A DNA stretch of 64,000 bases from an uncultured Gemmatimonadales bacterium (GTDB lineage Bacteria; Gemmatimonadota; Gemmatimonadetes; Longimicrobiales; Gaopeijiaceae): NCBI GenBank assembly GCA_963809895.1, contig CAWELD010000003.1, positions 480,001 to 544,000 of the forward strand, read 5' to 3'. The position numbers and the translations under genes are program-made. The notes under the pieces are model-generated. The model was not told the origin of the DNA. It searched no databases and was given only the letters and a program-made list of their open reading frames with translations. How positions within the stretch are numbered: position 1 is the first letter of the stretch; every line of letters begins with the position of its first letter. This document shows positions 18,864 through 30,629 of this stretch, piece by piece.

Positions 18864-20150
18864 ATGCTCGATGTGAGACGGCTCCGGGAGGATACCGACG
18901 AGGTCCTGGCGGCGCTCGGCCGCAGAGGCACGGACTTCGGGCCCCTGGTCCGGGAGCTCCTGGAGCGAGACGAGGATCGCCGGGACGCGCTCACCGAGGT
19001 CAACGACCTCAAGGCTCGCCGCAACTCGGTCAGCAAAGAGGTGGGTGCTCGCAAACGTGCCGGTGAGGACGCCGCCGAGCTCATCGCGGAGATGCGAAGG
19101 GTCGGGGAGACCATCGATACGCTCGACGCACGGGTGTCCGCGGCCGAAGCGCGTATCGAGGAGATCCTCCTGGAGCTTCCCAACACCCCGCTGGACGAGG
19201 TGCCCGCGGGTGGCGAGGACCAGAACCAGGTCGTGTCCGTGTGGGGCGACGCACCCACCTTCGGCTTCGAGCCGCGGCCGCATTGGGAGCTGGGCGAGGC
19301 CCTGGAGATCCTGGACCTTCCACGCGGCGCCAAGGTCTCGGGATCGGGCTTCCCGGTGCTCAAGGGCGCCGGCGCGCGCCTGCAGCGCATCCTCATCGAT
19401 TTCTTCCTGGACCACCACGCCAGCGAGCACGGGTACCAGGAGTTGCGGGTCCCGTATCTGGTGACCCGCGAGACGCTTACGGGCACCGGCCAGTTGCCCA
19501 AGTTCGCCGACGAATCGTACCTGACCGAGCGCGACGACCTGTGGCTGATTCCCACGGCCGAGGTGCCGGTGACCAACCTGCATCGCGACGAGTTGCTGAG
19601 CTGGGAGGACCTTCCCCTGCGCTACACGGCCTATTCGCCCTGCTTTCGCAGAGAGGCGGGGGCTGCGGGCAAGGACACCCGGGGACTCCTGCGGGTGCAT
19701 CAGTTCGACAAGGTGGAGTTGGTCCGTTTCGAGACACCCGCGGCCAGCCGGGACGCGTTGGAGGAGCTGACGCGCCACGCCGAGGGTCTGCTGGAGCTCC
19801 TCGGGCTCCACTATCGCCGGGTGCTGCTGGCCACCGGTGACCTGGGCTTCTCGTCGGCACTCACCTTCGATCTGGAGGTCTGGGCGCCGGGCGTCGAGCA
19901 GTGGCTCGAGGTGTCGAGCTGTTCGGTGTTCACCGACTATCAGGCCCGGCGCGCGAACCTGAGGTTCCGTCCGGCGGCCGGTGAACGCCCCGAGTTCGTG
20001 CACACGCTGAACGGATCCGCGCTGGCGTTGCCGCGGGTCGTGGCGGCGTTGCTCGAGACGGGACAGCAGGCAGACGGTTCGGTGGTGCTTCCGGACGTGC
20101 TCCACGCCCGCTTCGGACGCGATCGCATCGCGCCGCCGGCCGGAGCTTGA
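18864..20150 (+). CDS. serS: serine--tRNA ligase
   Basis: GTGQLPKF, LIPTAEVP, FRREAGAAGKDTRGLLRVHQFDKVE, EVSSCS, HTLNGSALA. Confidence 0.98.
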   Translation: MLDVRRLREDTDEVLAALGRRGTDFGPLVRELLERDEDRRDALTEVNDLKARRNSVSKEVGARKRAGEDAAELIAEMRRVGETIDTLDARVSAAEARIEEILLELPNTPLDEVPAGGEDQNQVVSVWGDAPTFGFEPRPHWELGEALEILDLPRGAKVSGSGFPVLKGAGARLQRILIDFFLDHHASEHGYQELRVPYLVTRETLTGTGQLPKFADESYLTERDDLWLIPTAEVPVTNLHRDELLSWEDLPLRYTAYSPCFRREAGAAGKDTRGLLRVHQFDKVELVRFETPAASRDALEELTRHAEGLLELLGLHYRRVLLATGDLGFSSALTFDLEVWAPGVEQWLEVSSCSVFTDYQARRANLRFRPAAGERPEFVHTLNGSALALPRVVAALLETGQQADGSVVLPDVLHARFGRDRIAPPAGA

Positions 20151-20224
20151 CGATGAGCGGGCGGGGTCCTCGCCCGCGCCCCGAGGCGCGTTGCGGCACG
20201 TCGCTGCCCGCGGGGCGGTGACGA

Positions 20225-21400
20225 ATGCGCCGGTTCACCTCGCCGGTCGCGCTGGCCACGCTCTTCGTGGTGCTCCTGGGGTGGTACCTCCTGTATACCC
20301 AGAGCATCAAGCGTGTCCTCGAGGCCGACGCCGAGACGCTCACCCAGGTCGTCGCCGAGATTCAGGCGGCGCTGGCGGACCAGGACCCGAGCCGCGCCGA
20401 AGACGCGCTGTGGGGGATCCAACAGATCGTCATCACTCGCGGCGTTCCCATCGTGGTGATGGGAGCGAACGACACGGTGCAGGCCGTGGAGAATCTGCCC
20501 TTCGAGGTGGACATCGCGACGCTGGAGGGCCAGGACCGGGTCCGCGAGTACGTGCGGCGAGAGCTGAAGAATCCCCCGGTGGGCGATCCCAACGCCCAGC
20601 ACCTCCACTTCGGCGACACCCCGGAGATCACGCGCTTGAGCTGGATTCCGTGGCTCCAGGTGGGGGGATTGCTGCTCACCGTGCTCGTGGGCTTCACCGT
20701 GATCCGCTACCAGCGTCGGGCCGAGAGCGAGCGCGCCTGGACGTCCATGGCCCGTGAGTTGGCGCATCAGCTGGGCACGCCATTGTCGTCGCTGCAGGGG
20801 TGGCTGGAGGTGCTGCGTCTGCCGCCGGACGAGCGGCCCGGTGACCTGGGTCAGGCAGAGATCGCGGGGGCCCTGGAGGAGGACGTGGTCCGCCTCGAAC
20901 GCATCAGCCACCGCTTCGAGCTCATCGGCCGGGAGCCCGAGCTGGAGCGCCTGTCGTTGGGAGAGGTGGTGGGGGAGCTCGAACGCTACCTTCAGTCCCG
21001 CATGCCCCGCTTCGGACCCGGCGTGCGGCTCAGCGTGGACGTTCCGGCCGACATTCCGGCGATTCGCGGCAATCAGGTGCTGTTGGCGTGGGCTCTGGAG
21101 AACGTGGTGAAGAACGCCCTGGACGCGCTGGCCGGCACCGGCGGCCGCATCGAGATCCGCGCGCGCCGGGGAGAGGGCGACTGGGTGGTGCTCCGGATCC
21201 GGGACTCGGGACCTGGCGTGGATCTGGAGATCCGGGACCGGATCTTCGAGCCCGGAGTGACCACCAAGTCCGGCGGCTGGGGTGTCGGCCTGGCGCTCTC
21301 GCGGCGCATCGTCGAGGGCGTGCACAAAGGTCGCATCGAGCTCTTGGACGGGCGCCCGCGGGGCGCGACCTTTGAGATCCGGCTGCCCGCGGCATCCTGA
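20225..21400 (+). CDS. two-TM sensor histidine kinase
   Basis: H box ELAHQLGTPLSSL, N box ENVVKNALDA, G1 DSGPG, G2 GWGVGL. Confidence 0.93.
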   Translation: MRRFTSPVALATLFVVLLGWYLLYTQSIKRVLEADAETLTQVVAEIQAALADQDPSRAEDALWGIQQIVITRGVPIVVMGANDTVQAVENLPFEVDIATLEGQDRVREYVRRELKNPPVGDPNAQHLHFGDTPEITRLSWIPWLQVGGLLLTVLVGFTVIRYQRRAESERAWTSMARELAHQLGTPLSSLQGWLEVLRLPPDERPGDLGQAEIAGALEEDVVRLERISHRFELIGREPELERLSLGEVVGELERYLQSRMPRFGPGVRLSVDVPADIPAIRGNQVLLAWALENVVKNALDALAGTGGRIEIRARRGEGDWVVLRIRDSGPGVDLEIRDRIFEPGVTTKSGGWGVGLALSRRIVEGVHKGRIELLDGRPRGATFEIRLPAAS

Positions 21401-21434
21401 ATTCGCACGACGCACGACCCACACCGGCCAAGAC

Positions 21435-23720
<2,286 letters not shown>

Positions 23721-23774
23721 GGGAGTGCGCGGGCCCCGCCGACTGACCCGCCGTCGTTCAGCAACCTGACGTGG

Positions 23775-24770
23775 TCAGGACGACGGTGAACCGAAGGGAC
23801 CTTCCAACTCCGGCGCGTGGTCGCTCCCCGGCTCCGTGGCCTCTGCCTGCAGGCGCGGGCTACCCGTCCCGTTCGAATCGACCTGGGGCCAGTAGGTCAG
23901 GGGTCGGTCCGGTAGCGGGAAGAACTGATCCGCCATCTCGTCCAGCAACGCCGGCTCTGCCGCGGCGCCGTCGGCCATGGCCAGGCGTCGCACCTTCTTG
24001 GCCAGACGGAGGTTCAGGTCGCCCACGGGGTCCAGGGCCGCAGGCGTGGAGTCGGATCGATTGCGCAGATAGTCCACGATCCCGTCGAAGGACAGAGCCA
24101 GGTAGCGCTCCACCAGGTCGTCGGCCAGGTCGAAGCGTGACTTGCGCAGGATCTGCTCGAAGATCTGCTTCCAGCGGTCGTCGTCCTGGAAGCGGATCAT
24201 CCCCCGGAAGATCCGCCGGTTGGTGCGGAAGCTGAAGATCGTGGAGCTGAGCACGCGGTCGAAGAGGGCGTCGGCGTCGCTGTGGTCGTAGTCGGTGACG
24301 ATGCGGCGGGCGAGGCCCAGGTAGCTTTCGCCCACGTGCACGTCCATGCGGTGCTCCCAGTACGTGTGACCCACTGCGGCGGTGGTGCTGGTGAGGAGGA
24401 GCTGCCGAGGCACGTAGAGGTTGTGCGCCACGGTGTCGGCGGCCAGGTGGGCGAGGTAGCCGTACCCCACCGCCGCCAGCTGCTCGCCGTCCGCCGCCTG
24501 CAGGATTTCCTCGCCCACGTGCCAGTTGTGGCAGTGGCGACCCTCGGGAACGTACTTCTTGGCGAAGGAGATGTCCGCGGCCACGGATCCGTACAGGAAG
24601 TGGATCGGGAAGCGCTCCAACAGGGCACGGACCGCGGGCGGCAGCAGATAGAGGGAGCCCAGCACGAGCTCGCCCAGCGCCACGTGGGTGCCCGGCCCCC
24701 ATGCCAGCAGCGGCTCGGGGATGAGCAACCAGGCGGCGACGACGAGCAGGAGGCCGGCGCCGAGCTTCAT
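23775..24770 (-). CDS. exported zinc-dependent phospholipase C / P1-nuclease-fold protein
   Basis: signal peptide ending LLA|WGPGTH; GSVAAD, HCH, YLAHLAADTVAH and HTYWE zinc ligands. Confidence 0.82.
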   Translation of the reverse strand: MKLGAGLLLVVAAWLLIPEPLLAWGPGTHVALGELVLGSLYLLPPAVRALLERFPIHFLYGSVAADISFAKKYVPEGRHCHNWHVGEEILQAADGEQLAAVGYGYLAHLAADTVAHNLYVPRQLLLTSTTAAVGHTYWEHRMDVHVGESYLGLARRIVTDYDHSDADALFDRVLSSTIFSFRTNRRIFRGMIRFQDDDRWKQIFEQILRKSRFDLADDLVERYLALSFDGIVDYLRNRSDSTPAALDPVGDLNLRLAKKVRRLAMADGAAAEPALLDEMADQFFPLPDRPLTYWPQVDSNGTGSPRLQAEATEPGSDHAPELEGPFGSPSS

Positions 24771-24774
24771 GCGC

Positions 24775-25296
24775 TCAGTCCTCGATCGGCTTACCCGGCG
24801 GCTGGATCCGCGCTTCCTCGCCGGGCTCGGCCAACGTGCGTGCGCCGGCGCGGATGCCGCGCACCGCGGAGGCCGTGTCGATGAAGACATCCTCCGCCTC
24901 GGATTGGACCACTTCCATGAGGGCGTTGAACTCGTCGATGCGTTCCTCCATGTGGTCCGAGGCCTGTTGCAATCGGGCCGAGAGCGCCTTGATGGATTCG
25001 TTGAGGCGCTCTACGTCGGTGCGTAGCGCAGCCGTGATGAACTCGAGGTTCGCGGCCACACCTCGGGACCGATCCAGGACCGGGGCCACGTTCTTCTCCA
25101 CGGCACGCGCGGTGTCCCGCAGGCCCCGACCCACCTTCCGGATCTGGAAGAGGAGGACCACGACCACGACGACCGTGACCACGGCGAGGGCACCCAGGGC
25201 CACGATGGCCACATCCGCCGCCACGGCCAGGCCGGATGGCGGAATCGCATCGGTGGCCTGGAGAATCGCCGTCGAAGGGAGCTCGGACGCGTACAT
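24775..25296 (-). CDS. DUF948-like single-TM coiled-coil protein
   Basis: one long TM segment followed by a heptad-rich helical region (VERLNESIKALSARLQQAS). Confidence 0.65.
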   Translation of the reverse strand: MYASELPSTAILQATDAIPPSGLAVAADVAIVALGALAVVTVVVVVVLLFQIRKVGRGLRDTARAVEKNVAPVLDRSRGVAANLEFITAALRTDVERLNESIKALSARLQQASDHMEERIDEFNALMEVVQSEAEDVFIDTASAVRGIRAGARTLAEPGEEARIQPPGKPIED

Positions 25297-25320
25297 GGAA
25301 GAAACCTAGATGAGGCGTGC

Positions 25321-25983
25321 TCAGAGAGCCAGATCGAGGCCCGGCGTCCAGCGTCTCAGCTTGGGGATCAGCGGCGGGCGCATCTCGGGCATTCCCCGTC
25401 GCAGGGCACGGTCCAGCTCGCGTCGCAGGTCGTCGGGGAGCGCGGCCAGGGCGTCGCTCAGGGGACGCTGCCCTTCCAGGAATTTCCCGAGAGCCTCGTC
25501 TACCGCGCGCAGTGTGTCGAGGTCGCGGCCTCGGAGCGGCGCGGGCATGCTGACGCCCCCGGCCCACACCGCCACTTCGGATCCGTACAGGTCTCCCAGC
25601 GGAAGGGTCCGCGCCCGGGCGCCCTCCAGCACCAGGTGGGTGCGGGTCGTGGTGCCCAGGACGAGGAGCGCTCCGGCACCGGCCAGGGCTCGGGCGGCCG
25701 CTGCCCGCGCCAGGGTTCGAGCGCCGGCGGACGGCTCGACGACTCCGGCCTGCTCCCCGCTCGGATCCAGCGTGGCGAACACGTCGGAGAGGCGGCTCAC
25801 CAGGGCCCGGTCGGGCTCCTCGACAGGCACGCCCGCTTCCTGGAGCCAACGGGTGAGGAGCCGGGCCTCGGGGCTGGCGCCGTCGTCCAGGACGCAGCCC
25901 CGCAGCTCTCGGACGCGCAGGGCCTCCGAGACGACGCCGCACACCACGTCCCGGACCCTCTCCTCGGCCGCTGTCAGGCTCAC
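25321..25983 (-). CDS. degenerate NAD+ synthetase (NadE)-like protein lacking the PP-loop
   Basis: GTG start overlaps the nitrilase stop; LVLGTTTRTHL resembles xGTxNKxE, PLGDLYGSEV resembles PLGDLYKTQV, PPLIPKL..T.G.D resembles a NadE tail; no SGGxDS. Confidence 0.6.
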   Translation of the reverse strand: MSLTAAEERVRDVVCGVVSEALRVRELRGCVLDDGASPEARLLTRWLQEAGVPVEEPDRALVSRLSDVFATLDPSGEQAGVVEPSAGARTLARAAAARALAGAGALLVLGTTTRTHLVLEGARARTLPLGDLYGSEVAVWAGGVSMPAPLRGRDLDTLRAVDEALGKFLEGQRPLSDALAALPDDLRRELDRALRRGMPEMRPPLIPKLRRWTPGLDLAL

Positions 25984-26864
25984 GGTACCGGGGTGCCGAG
26001 GATGCGTTCGATCTCGCGGGCCACGAGCCCCGGGTCCTCGTCTCGCAGGTGGCTGTAGGGCGTACGGGCCCGCCGCACGGCATCGGCTTCGAGAGTCACG
26101 CGCAGCCGGTCCACGCCCGTCGAAGCTCGCGTCATCACCACGCCGTCGGGCGCCACCACCAGGGATTCGCCGGCGAAGGTGACACCGCCTTCGACCCCAG
26201 CGCGGTTGCACAGGACCACGTAGACGCCGTGGGTGAGCGCCGTGGTGCGGGCCAGCAGCGACCACGCCTCGGTGGAGGCGAAGGGAGCGCCCGAGGTCCC
26301 CTCCAACACGCCCCGGCCGGGTCCTGCGGCCACCACCACCAGGACCGCCGCACCCTGGAGGGCGGCCAGGTAGGGAAGGGATGGATGCCACAGCTCTTCG
26401 CACACGAGGAGGGCGGTGGGCCACCCGGGGGCCACCTCGAAGACGCGGGGGCCCCGGTCGCCGGGCGCGAAGACCCGGCCTTCGTCGAACATGCCGTAGG
26501 TGGGCAGGTAGCGCTTGCGGTGGCGGTGCAGACGCTGCTCGCCCCGCCACGCGGCGGCCACGTTGAAGACGCGCCCGTCCTGGTCCCGTTCGGGATAGCC
26601 CACGACCGCCACCGGGCCTTCGGGACCCGTGAAGGGAAGAGCCGCCCCGTCGGACACAGCGAGCTCGGCGGCCCATCGCCCCAGGTCGTAGCCCGTCAGG
26701 CACAGCTCGGGAAAGACCACCAGATCGGTACCTTCGTCCGCCGCCTGTCGCAGAGCCTCCGTGACGACGGCGACGTTGGCATCCATCTCGAGGCGCCGGG
26801 GCGCCGTCTGCTCCACGACCACACGCAGCGCCGAGGGGGGCGCCGATGTTCGATCGGTGGTCAC
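25980..26864 (-). CDS. carbon-nitrogen hydrolase, glutaminase-subunit type of NAD synthetase
   Basis: E-K-C triad: VFPELCLTGY, HRKRYLPTYGMFDEGRVF, VCEELW; NRAG.E..TFAGES. Confidence 0.88.
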   Translation of the reverse strand: MTTDRTSAPPSALRVVVEQTAPRRLEMDANVAVVTEALRQAADEGTDLVVFPELCLTGYDLGRWAAELAVSDGAALPFTGPEGPVAVVGYPERDQDGRVFNVAAAWRGEQRLHRHRKRYLPTYGMFDEGRVFAPGDRGPRVFEVAPGWPTALLVCEELWHPSLPYLAALQGAAVLVVVAAGPGRGVLEGTSGAPFASTEAWSLLARTTALTHGVYVVLCNRAGVEGGVTFAGESLVVAPDGVVMTRASTGVDRLRVTLEADAVRRARTPYSHLRDEDPGLVAREIERILGTPVP

Positions 26865-28201
26865 GGAGCCTCTTCCTGCTCCGAGGGTGGCGGGGCCGGT
26901 TCGTGGCGCTTCATGGCCTCCACTCGGGCCCGGTGGTCGTCACCCTCCTGGATCGCCTGCTCCACCCGCGGCGAAATCTCGCCGGCCCGGCGCAGGACCT
27001 GAACCGTGAAGAGGGGGCCCACCAACTCCGACAGAATCACGCCCAGGACCACCACGGCATACAGCACCTCGACGCCCGCCACACCGTTCACGCGCACGGT
27101 GCCGGCGCCCAGGGTCAGGGTGAAGGCGAGGGCCATGGCCAGCGAGATCCCGCCCTGCGGCAGGAGTCCCAGCCCGAAGCGCCGAGGCGTGGAGAAGGGC
27201 AGGGGGACCACGCTGACCAGCGCCGCGTTGCCCACGACCTTGCCCGCCGCCCGCAGGAGGGCGTAGCCCAGCGCCAGCGGAGCGATCCACCAGGTGGGAA
27301 AGCTCAGATAGACGCCGGCCAGAAGCAGGAGGATGACGTAGATGGGCTTTTCCCAGCGCTCCAGATTGCGGTTGATGCGGGCCTGCTCCCGTGTTGGCGC
27401 CAGGTTGGCGACCACCGCGCCCATGACGGCGGAGGTGAAGAGGGGAGACATCTGGAGCTGGAGCGCCGCGCCTGCGGCCAGCGCCGAGATCCCCAGGAGA
27501 TACAGCACGAGCTCCTCGCGTCCGGGACGGAGGCGGACCAGCCAGAGGAAGACGATGCCGCACACCAGTCCCAGGCCGACGCCGGCGAAGATCCAGAACA
27601 CCCATCCGCCGGTCACGGAGTCCGCCATCGCGCCCGTGCCGTGGAAGACGGCGTAGATGACCTGAAGAGCCACGATCCCCACGAAGCCGTCCAGCGAAGC
27701 CACGAAGAACAGCAGCTGCCGTACATTGCCCCGCACCAGGAAGTTGGCCGACACCATGGCGATGCCGGCGGGCGTCGAGATGGCGGCGGTGGCCGCGGCG
27801 CCCAACAAGAGCGCCTGGGCCGAAGGGCCCTCGAAGCCCGCCATCTTCAGCGCGGCGCCACCGGCCACCACGAAGAGGGCGAAGGTGAGCAGCGCCTGTC
27901 CCACGGCCACCGCGAAGAACGACCAAGGGAAGCGGCTGAGCACGGCCCGGTCCATCTGCATCCCGAAGTGGAGGCCCACCCATCCCAGGCCCACACCCAG
28001 CAGAGGCTGGAGTTGCGCCACCGCCTCCCGGCTCATGAGACCCAGGACCACGGGGCCCAGGAGGAAGCCCAGCAGGAGGAAATGGGCGCCCGTGCGGAAG
28101 AGCAGGCGGGGCCCGGCCGGCACGCGCTGCGTGGAGAACGACACCCGGGCGCCCAGGAGCGCCAGGAGGATCAGTGCGAGGGTGGCGAGAAGCGGATCCA
28201 T
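26861..28201 (-). CDS. cation:proton antiporter (CPA2/Kef-like, no C-terminal RCK domain)
   Basis: about 12-13 TMs; LLLGFLLGP..LG, GWVGLHFG, ASLDG, LRAAGKVVG, GLLPQGGISLA, SELVGP. Confidence 0.8.
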   Translation of the reverse strand: MDPLLATLALILLALLGARVSFSTQRVPAGPRLLFRTGAHFLLLGFLLGPVVLGLMSREAVAQLQPLLGVGLGWVGLHFGMQMDRAVLSRFPWSFFAVAVGQALLTFALFVVAGGAALKMAGFEGPSAQALLLGAAATAAISTPAGIAMVSANFLVRGNVRQLLFFVASLDGFVGIVALQVIYAVFHGTGAMADSVTGGWVFWIFAGVGLGLVCGIVFLWLVRLRPGREELVLYLLGISALAAGAALQLQMSPLFTSAVMGAVVANLAPTREQARINRNLERWEKPIYVILLLLAGVYLSFPTWWIAPLALGYALLRAAGKVVGNAALVSVVPLPFSTPRRFGLGLLPQGGISLAMALAFTLTLGAGTVRVNGVAGVEVLYAVVVLGVILSELVGPLFTVQVLRRAGEISPRVEQAIQEGDDHRARVEAMKRHEPAPPPSEQEEAP

Positions 28202-28235
28202 GGGGAACCGTGGGCCGCGGGGAAGACCCCGGCCT

Positions 28236-28583
28236 TCAGACGGACTCGCCCAGCTCGGGCGCCAGTCCTACGACTCGGGTCACGGGGATGGCGAAGGCGA
28301 TTCCCGTCGCCGGATCTTCCAGGTTTCCGGCCACGTCCTGGAGGAGGGCGAAGGCGGCGGCGACCTTGTCGTCGGCCACCACCGAGAAGATCGTCCGGTT
28401 CTGGGGACGGGAGCCGGAGATGAGGGTCTGCAGTCCCGCGAAGATGGGAATGTCGTGGGACAGCAGGCGTCCCATCCCCTCGCTGTTGATGATGGTGGCG
28501 CCCGTGATCCCCAGCTCCAGGTAGCCGGAGAGGATCTCGTCCACCCTTTCGGGATCGTTCACCACGGCGATGAGGAGCTGCAT
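28236..28583 (-). CDS. non-canonical PII-like signal protein
   Basis: 115 aa; LLIAVVN, GITGATIINSEGMG, GIAFAIPV..V.G; no Tyr in the T-loop (LSHDIPIFAGL). Confidence 0.78.
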   Translation of the reverse strand: MQLLIAVVNDPERVDEILSGYLELGITGATIINSEGMGRLLSHDIPIFAGLQTLISGSRPQNRTIFSVVADDKVAAAFALLQDVAGNLEDPATGIAFAIPVTRVVGLAPELGESV

Positions 28584-28585
28584 GG

Positions 28586-29050
28586 CTAGACGTGCTGCTC
28601 GTCGACGTGGCGAATGGCCGCCACCGCTTCGTCGCCCGAGTTGGCGCTGGACAGCTCCTCGACGAAGCCCGGGTGCCGGACCAGGCGGCAGATGCGCGCC
28701 AGGAGCTTGATGTGCTCGCGCTCGCGGCCCGGCGGCGACAGGAGCACGAAGAAGACCCGGACCGGCTCGGTGTCATCGGGCCCGAACTGCACGGGCTCGG
28801 GTGCGAGCGCCACCATGAGCACCGGCCCCGCGAGCCCGGGGATGGTCGCATGGGGAAGCGCCATGCCGTGGCCCATGGCGGTCGTGTGGGCATGCTCGCG
28901 CTCCACCAGCGCCGCCTCGACCTCTGCGGCCGAGTCGACGATGCCCCGAGAGGCCAGGTGGCGGGCCAGAGCGGCCAGCACACCGTCGGTGTCGGGTGCG
29001 GTCAGGCCCGTGAGGACCAGATCGGCGCGGAGGTACTTGTCGAGTCGCAT
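28586..29050 (-). CDS. PTS EIIA (Ntr/fructose type, PtsN-like)
   Basis: ERE...[13 protein letters not shown] (phospho-His), [19 protein letters not shown]. Confidence 0.9.
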   Translation of the reverse strand: MRLDKYLRADLVLTGLTAPDTDGVLAALARHLASRGIVDSAAEVEAALVEREHAHTTAMGHGMALPHATIPGLAGPVLMVALAPEPVQFGPDDTEPVRVFFVLLSPPGREREHIKLLARICRLVRHPGFVEELSSANSGDEAVAAIRHVDEQHV

Positions 29051-29094
29051 GTCCGCGGGCGGGAAGGGAGCGCGCTCACAACGGAGGGATCCTG

Positions 29095-29124
29095 ATCGTA
29101 GACGGGCCCGCGTCGAGGTGTCAA
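29095..29124 (-). promoter_or_regulatory. sigma70-type promoter of the EIIA operon
   Basis: minus strand TTGACA, 18 bp, TACGAT, 45 nt before the EIIA ATG. Confidence 0.65.
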
Positions 29125-29255
29125 GACGCCGTGGGGTGCCCCGGCACGCAGGTTGCTGCATGGGCAGGCGCCCGGATAAGTTCCGGCCCGGCGCACGTTC
29201 CGGGGGCCTTTCCGCCCCACCGCCGGCTCCTGCACTCTCTCACGCGCTCATCCGC

Positions 29256-30542
29256 ATGTCGACCTTCATCGTCGAAGGCGGGCGGCCCCTCCGAGGCCGC
29301 ATCCGTCCTGCCGGGAACAAGAACGCCGCCCTGCCGTGCCTGGCGGCCACCCTCCTCACCGCAGAGCCCGTAACCCTCGAGAACGTCCCCCGCATCCGTG
29401 ACGTGGAGACGCTGGTCGAGATCCTGGGCTCGTTGGGCGCGGAGGTGGTGTGGGAGGCGCAGAACACGGTCACGGTCGATGCGTCCGGCGTGGAGGTGGG
29501 GCGAGTGGATCGGGACATGGCCGCTCGCATCCGGGCGTCTCTGCTCCTGGCGGGTCCCCTGCTGGCCCGCTTCGGTGAGGTGCGGCTGCCCCCTCCAGGC
29601 GGCGACATCATCGGACGGCGCCGCATGGACACCCACTTCCTGGCCTTCGAGGCTCTCGGCGCCCGCGTGGAGTTGGACGGCGATTTCCGCATCTACGCCT
29701 CCGGCCTGGAGGGCACGGACATCTTTCTCGACGAGCCTTCGGTGACCGGCACCGAAAACGCGCTCATGGCGGCCGTGCGGGCCCGGGGCGTCACGCTCTT
29801 CCGCAACGCCGCGGCGGAGCCCCACGTCCAGGACCTGTGCCACCTCCTCAACGCCATGGGCGCCGACATCGAAGGAATCGGCACGGGGCGGTTGACGGTC
29901 CGGGGTGTCGACGACCTGCACGGCGCCCACTACCGCATCGGTGCCGACCACATCGAGACCGGCTCCTTCATCGGTCTGGCGGCGGTCACCTCCAGTGAGC
30001 TGGTGATCGAGGATGCGCCGCTGGCCCACCTCGACTCCACGCTCCTGGGCTTTCGCCGCCTGGGCGTGGAGTGCTCCGTGGAGGGCGGTGACCTGAGGGT
30101 CCACGGAGACCGGGAGCACGTCATCCGCCACGACGCCTTCGGAGCGGTATCGAAGATCGACGACGGCCCCTGGCCCCAGTTCCCGGCCGACCTCACCTCC
30201 ATCGCGCTGGTGACGGCGACCCGCTGTCGCGGCACGATCCTGATCCACGAGAAGATGTTCGAATCGCGCATGTTCTTCACGGACAAGCTCGTGTCCATGG
30301 GAGCCCGCATCATCCTGTGCGATCCACACCGGGCGGTGGTGGTGGGTCCGTCGGAGCTGCGCGGGGGGACCGTCGAGAGTCCCGACATCCGCGCGGGCAT
30401 GGCGCTGCTCATCGCGGCGCTCGGTGCCGAGGGCACGAGCGTAATCCACAACATCCGCCAGATCGAGCGGGGATACGAGCGCATCGACGAGCGCCTGCGG
30501 GGGCTGGGTGCGAGCATCGAGCGGGGCCGGGAAGGGGGCTGA
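29256..30542 (+). CDS. murA: UDP-N-acetylglucosamine 1-carboxyvinyltransferase (Asp-type)
   Basis: [60 protein letters not shown]. Confidence 0.96.
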   Translation: MSTFIVEGGRPLRGRIRPAGNKNAALPCLAATLLTAEPVTLENVPRIRDVETLVEILGSLGAEVVWEAQNTVTVDASGVEVGRVDRDMAARIRASLLLAGPLLARFGEVRLPPPGGDIIGRRRMDTHFLAFEALGARVELDGDFRIYASGLEGTDIFLDEPSVTGTENALMAAVRARGVTLFRNAAAEPHVQDLCHLLNAMGADIEGIGTGRLTVRGVDDLHGAHYRIGADHIETGSFIGLAAVTSSELVIEDAPLAHLDSTLLGFRRLGVECSVEGGDLRVHGDREHVIRHDAFGAVSKIDDGPWPQFPADLTSIALVTATRCRGTILIHEKMFESRMFFTDKLVSMGARIILCDPHRAVVVGPSELRGGTVESPDIRAGMALLIAALGAEGTSVIHNIRQIERGYERIDERLRGLGASIERGREGG

Positions 30543-30629
30543 TCGAGGGGGAGTTCGGGTGGGCGCGCCGGTTTCGCGGCGCCGGGGTGGGGTGACCCGG
30601 ACGCTCGGTGGAGCCCTCTCTACGATCGT

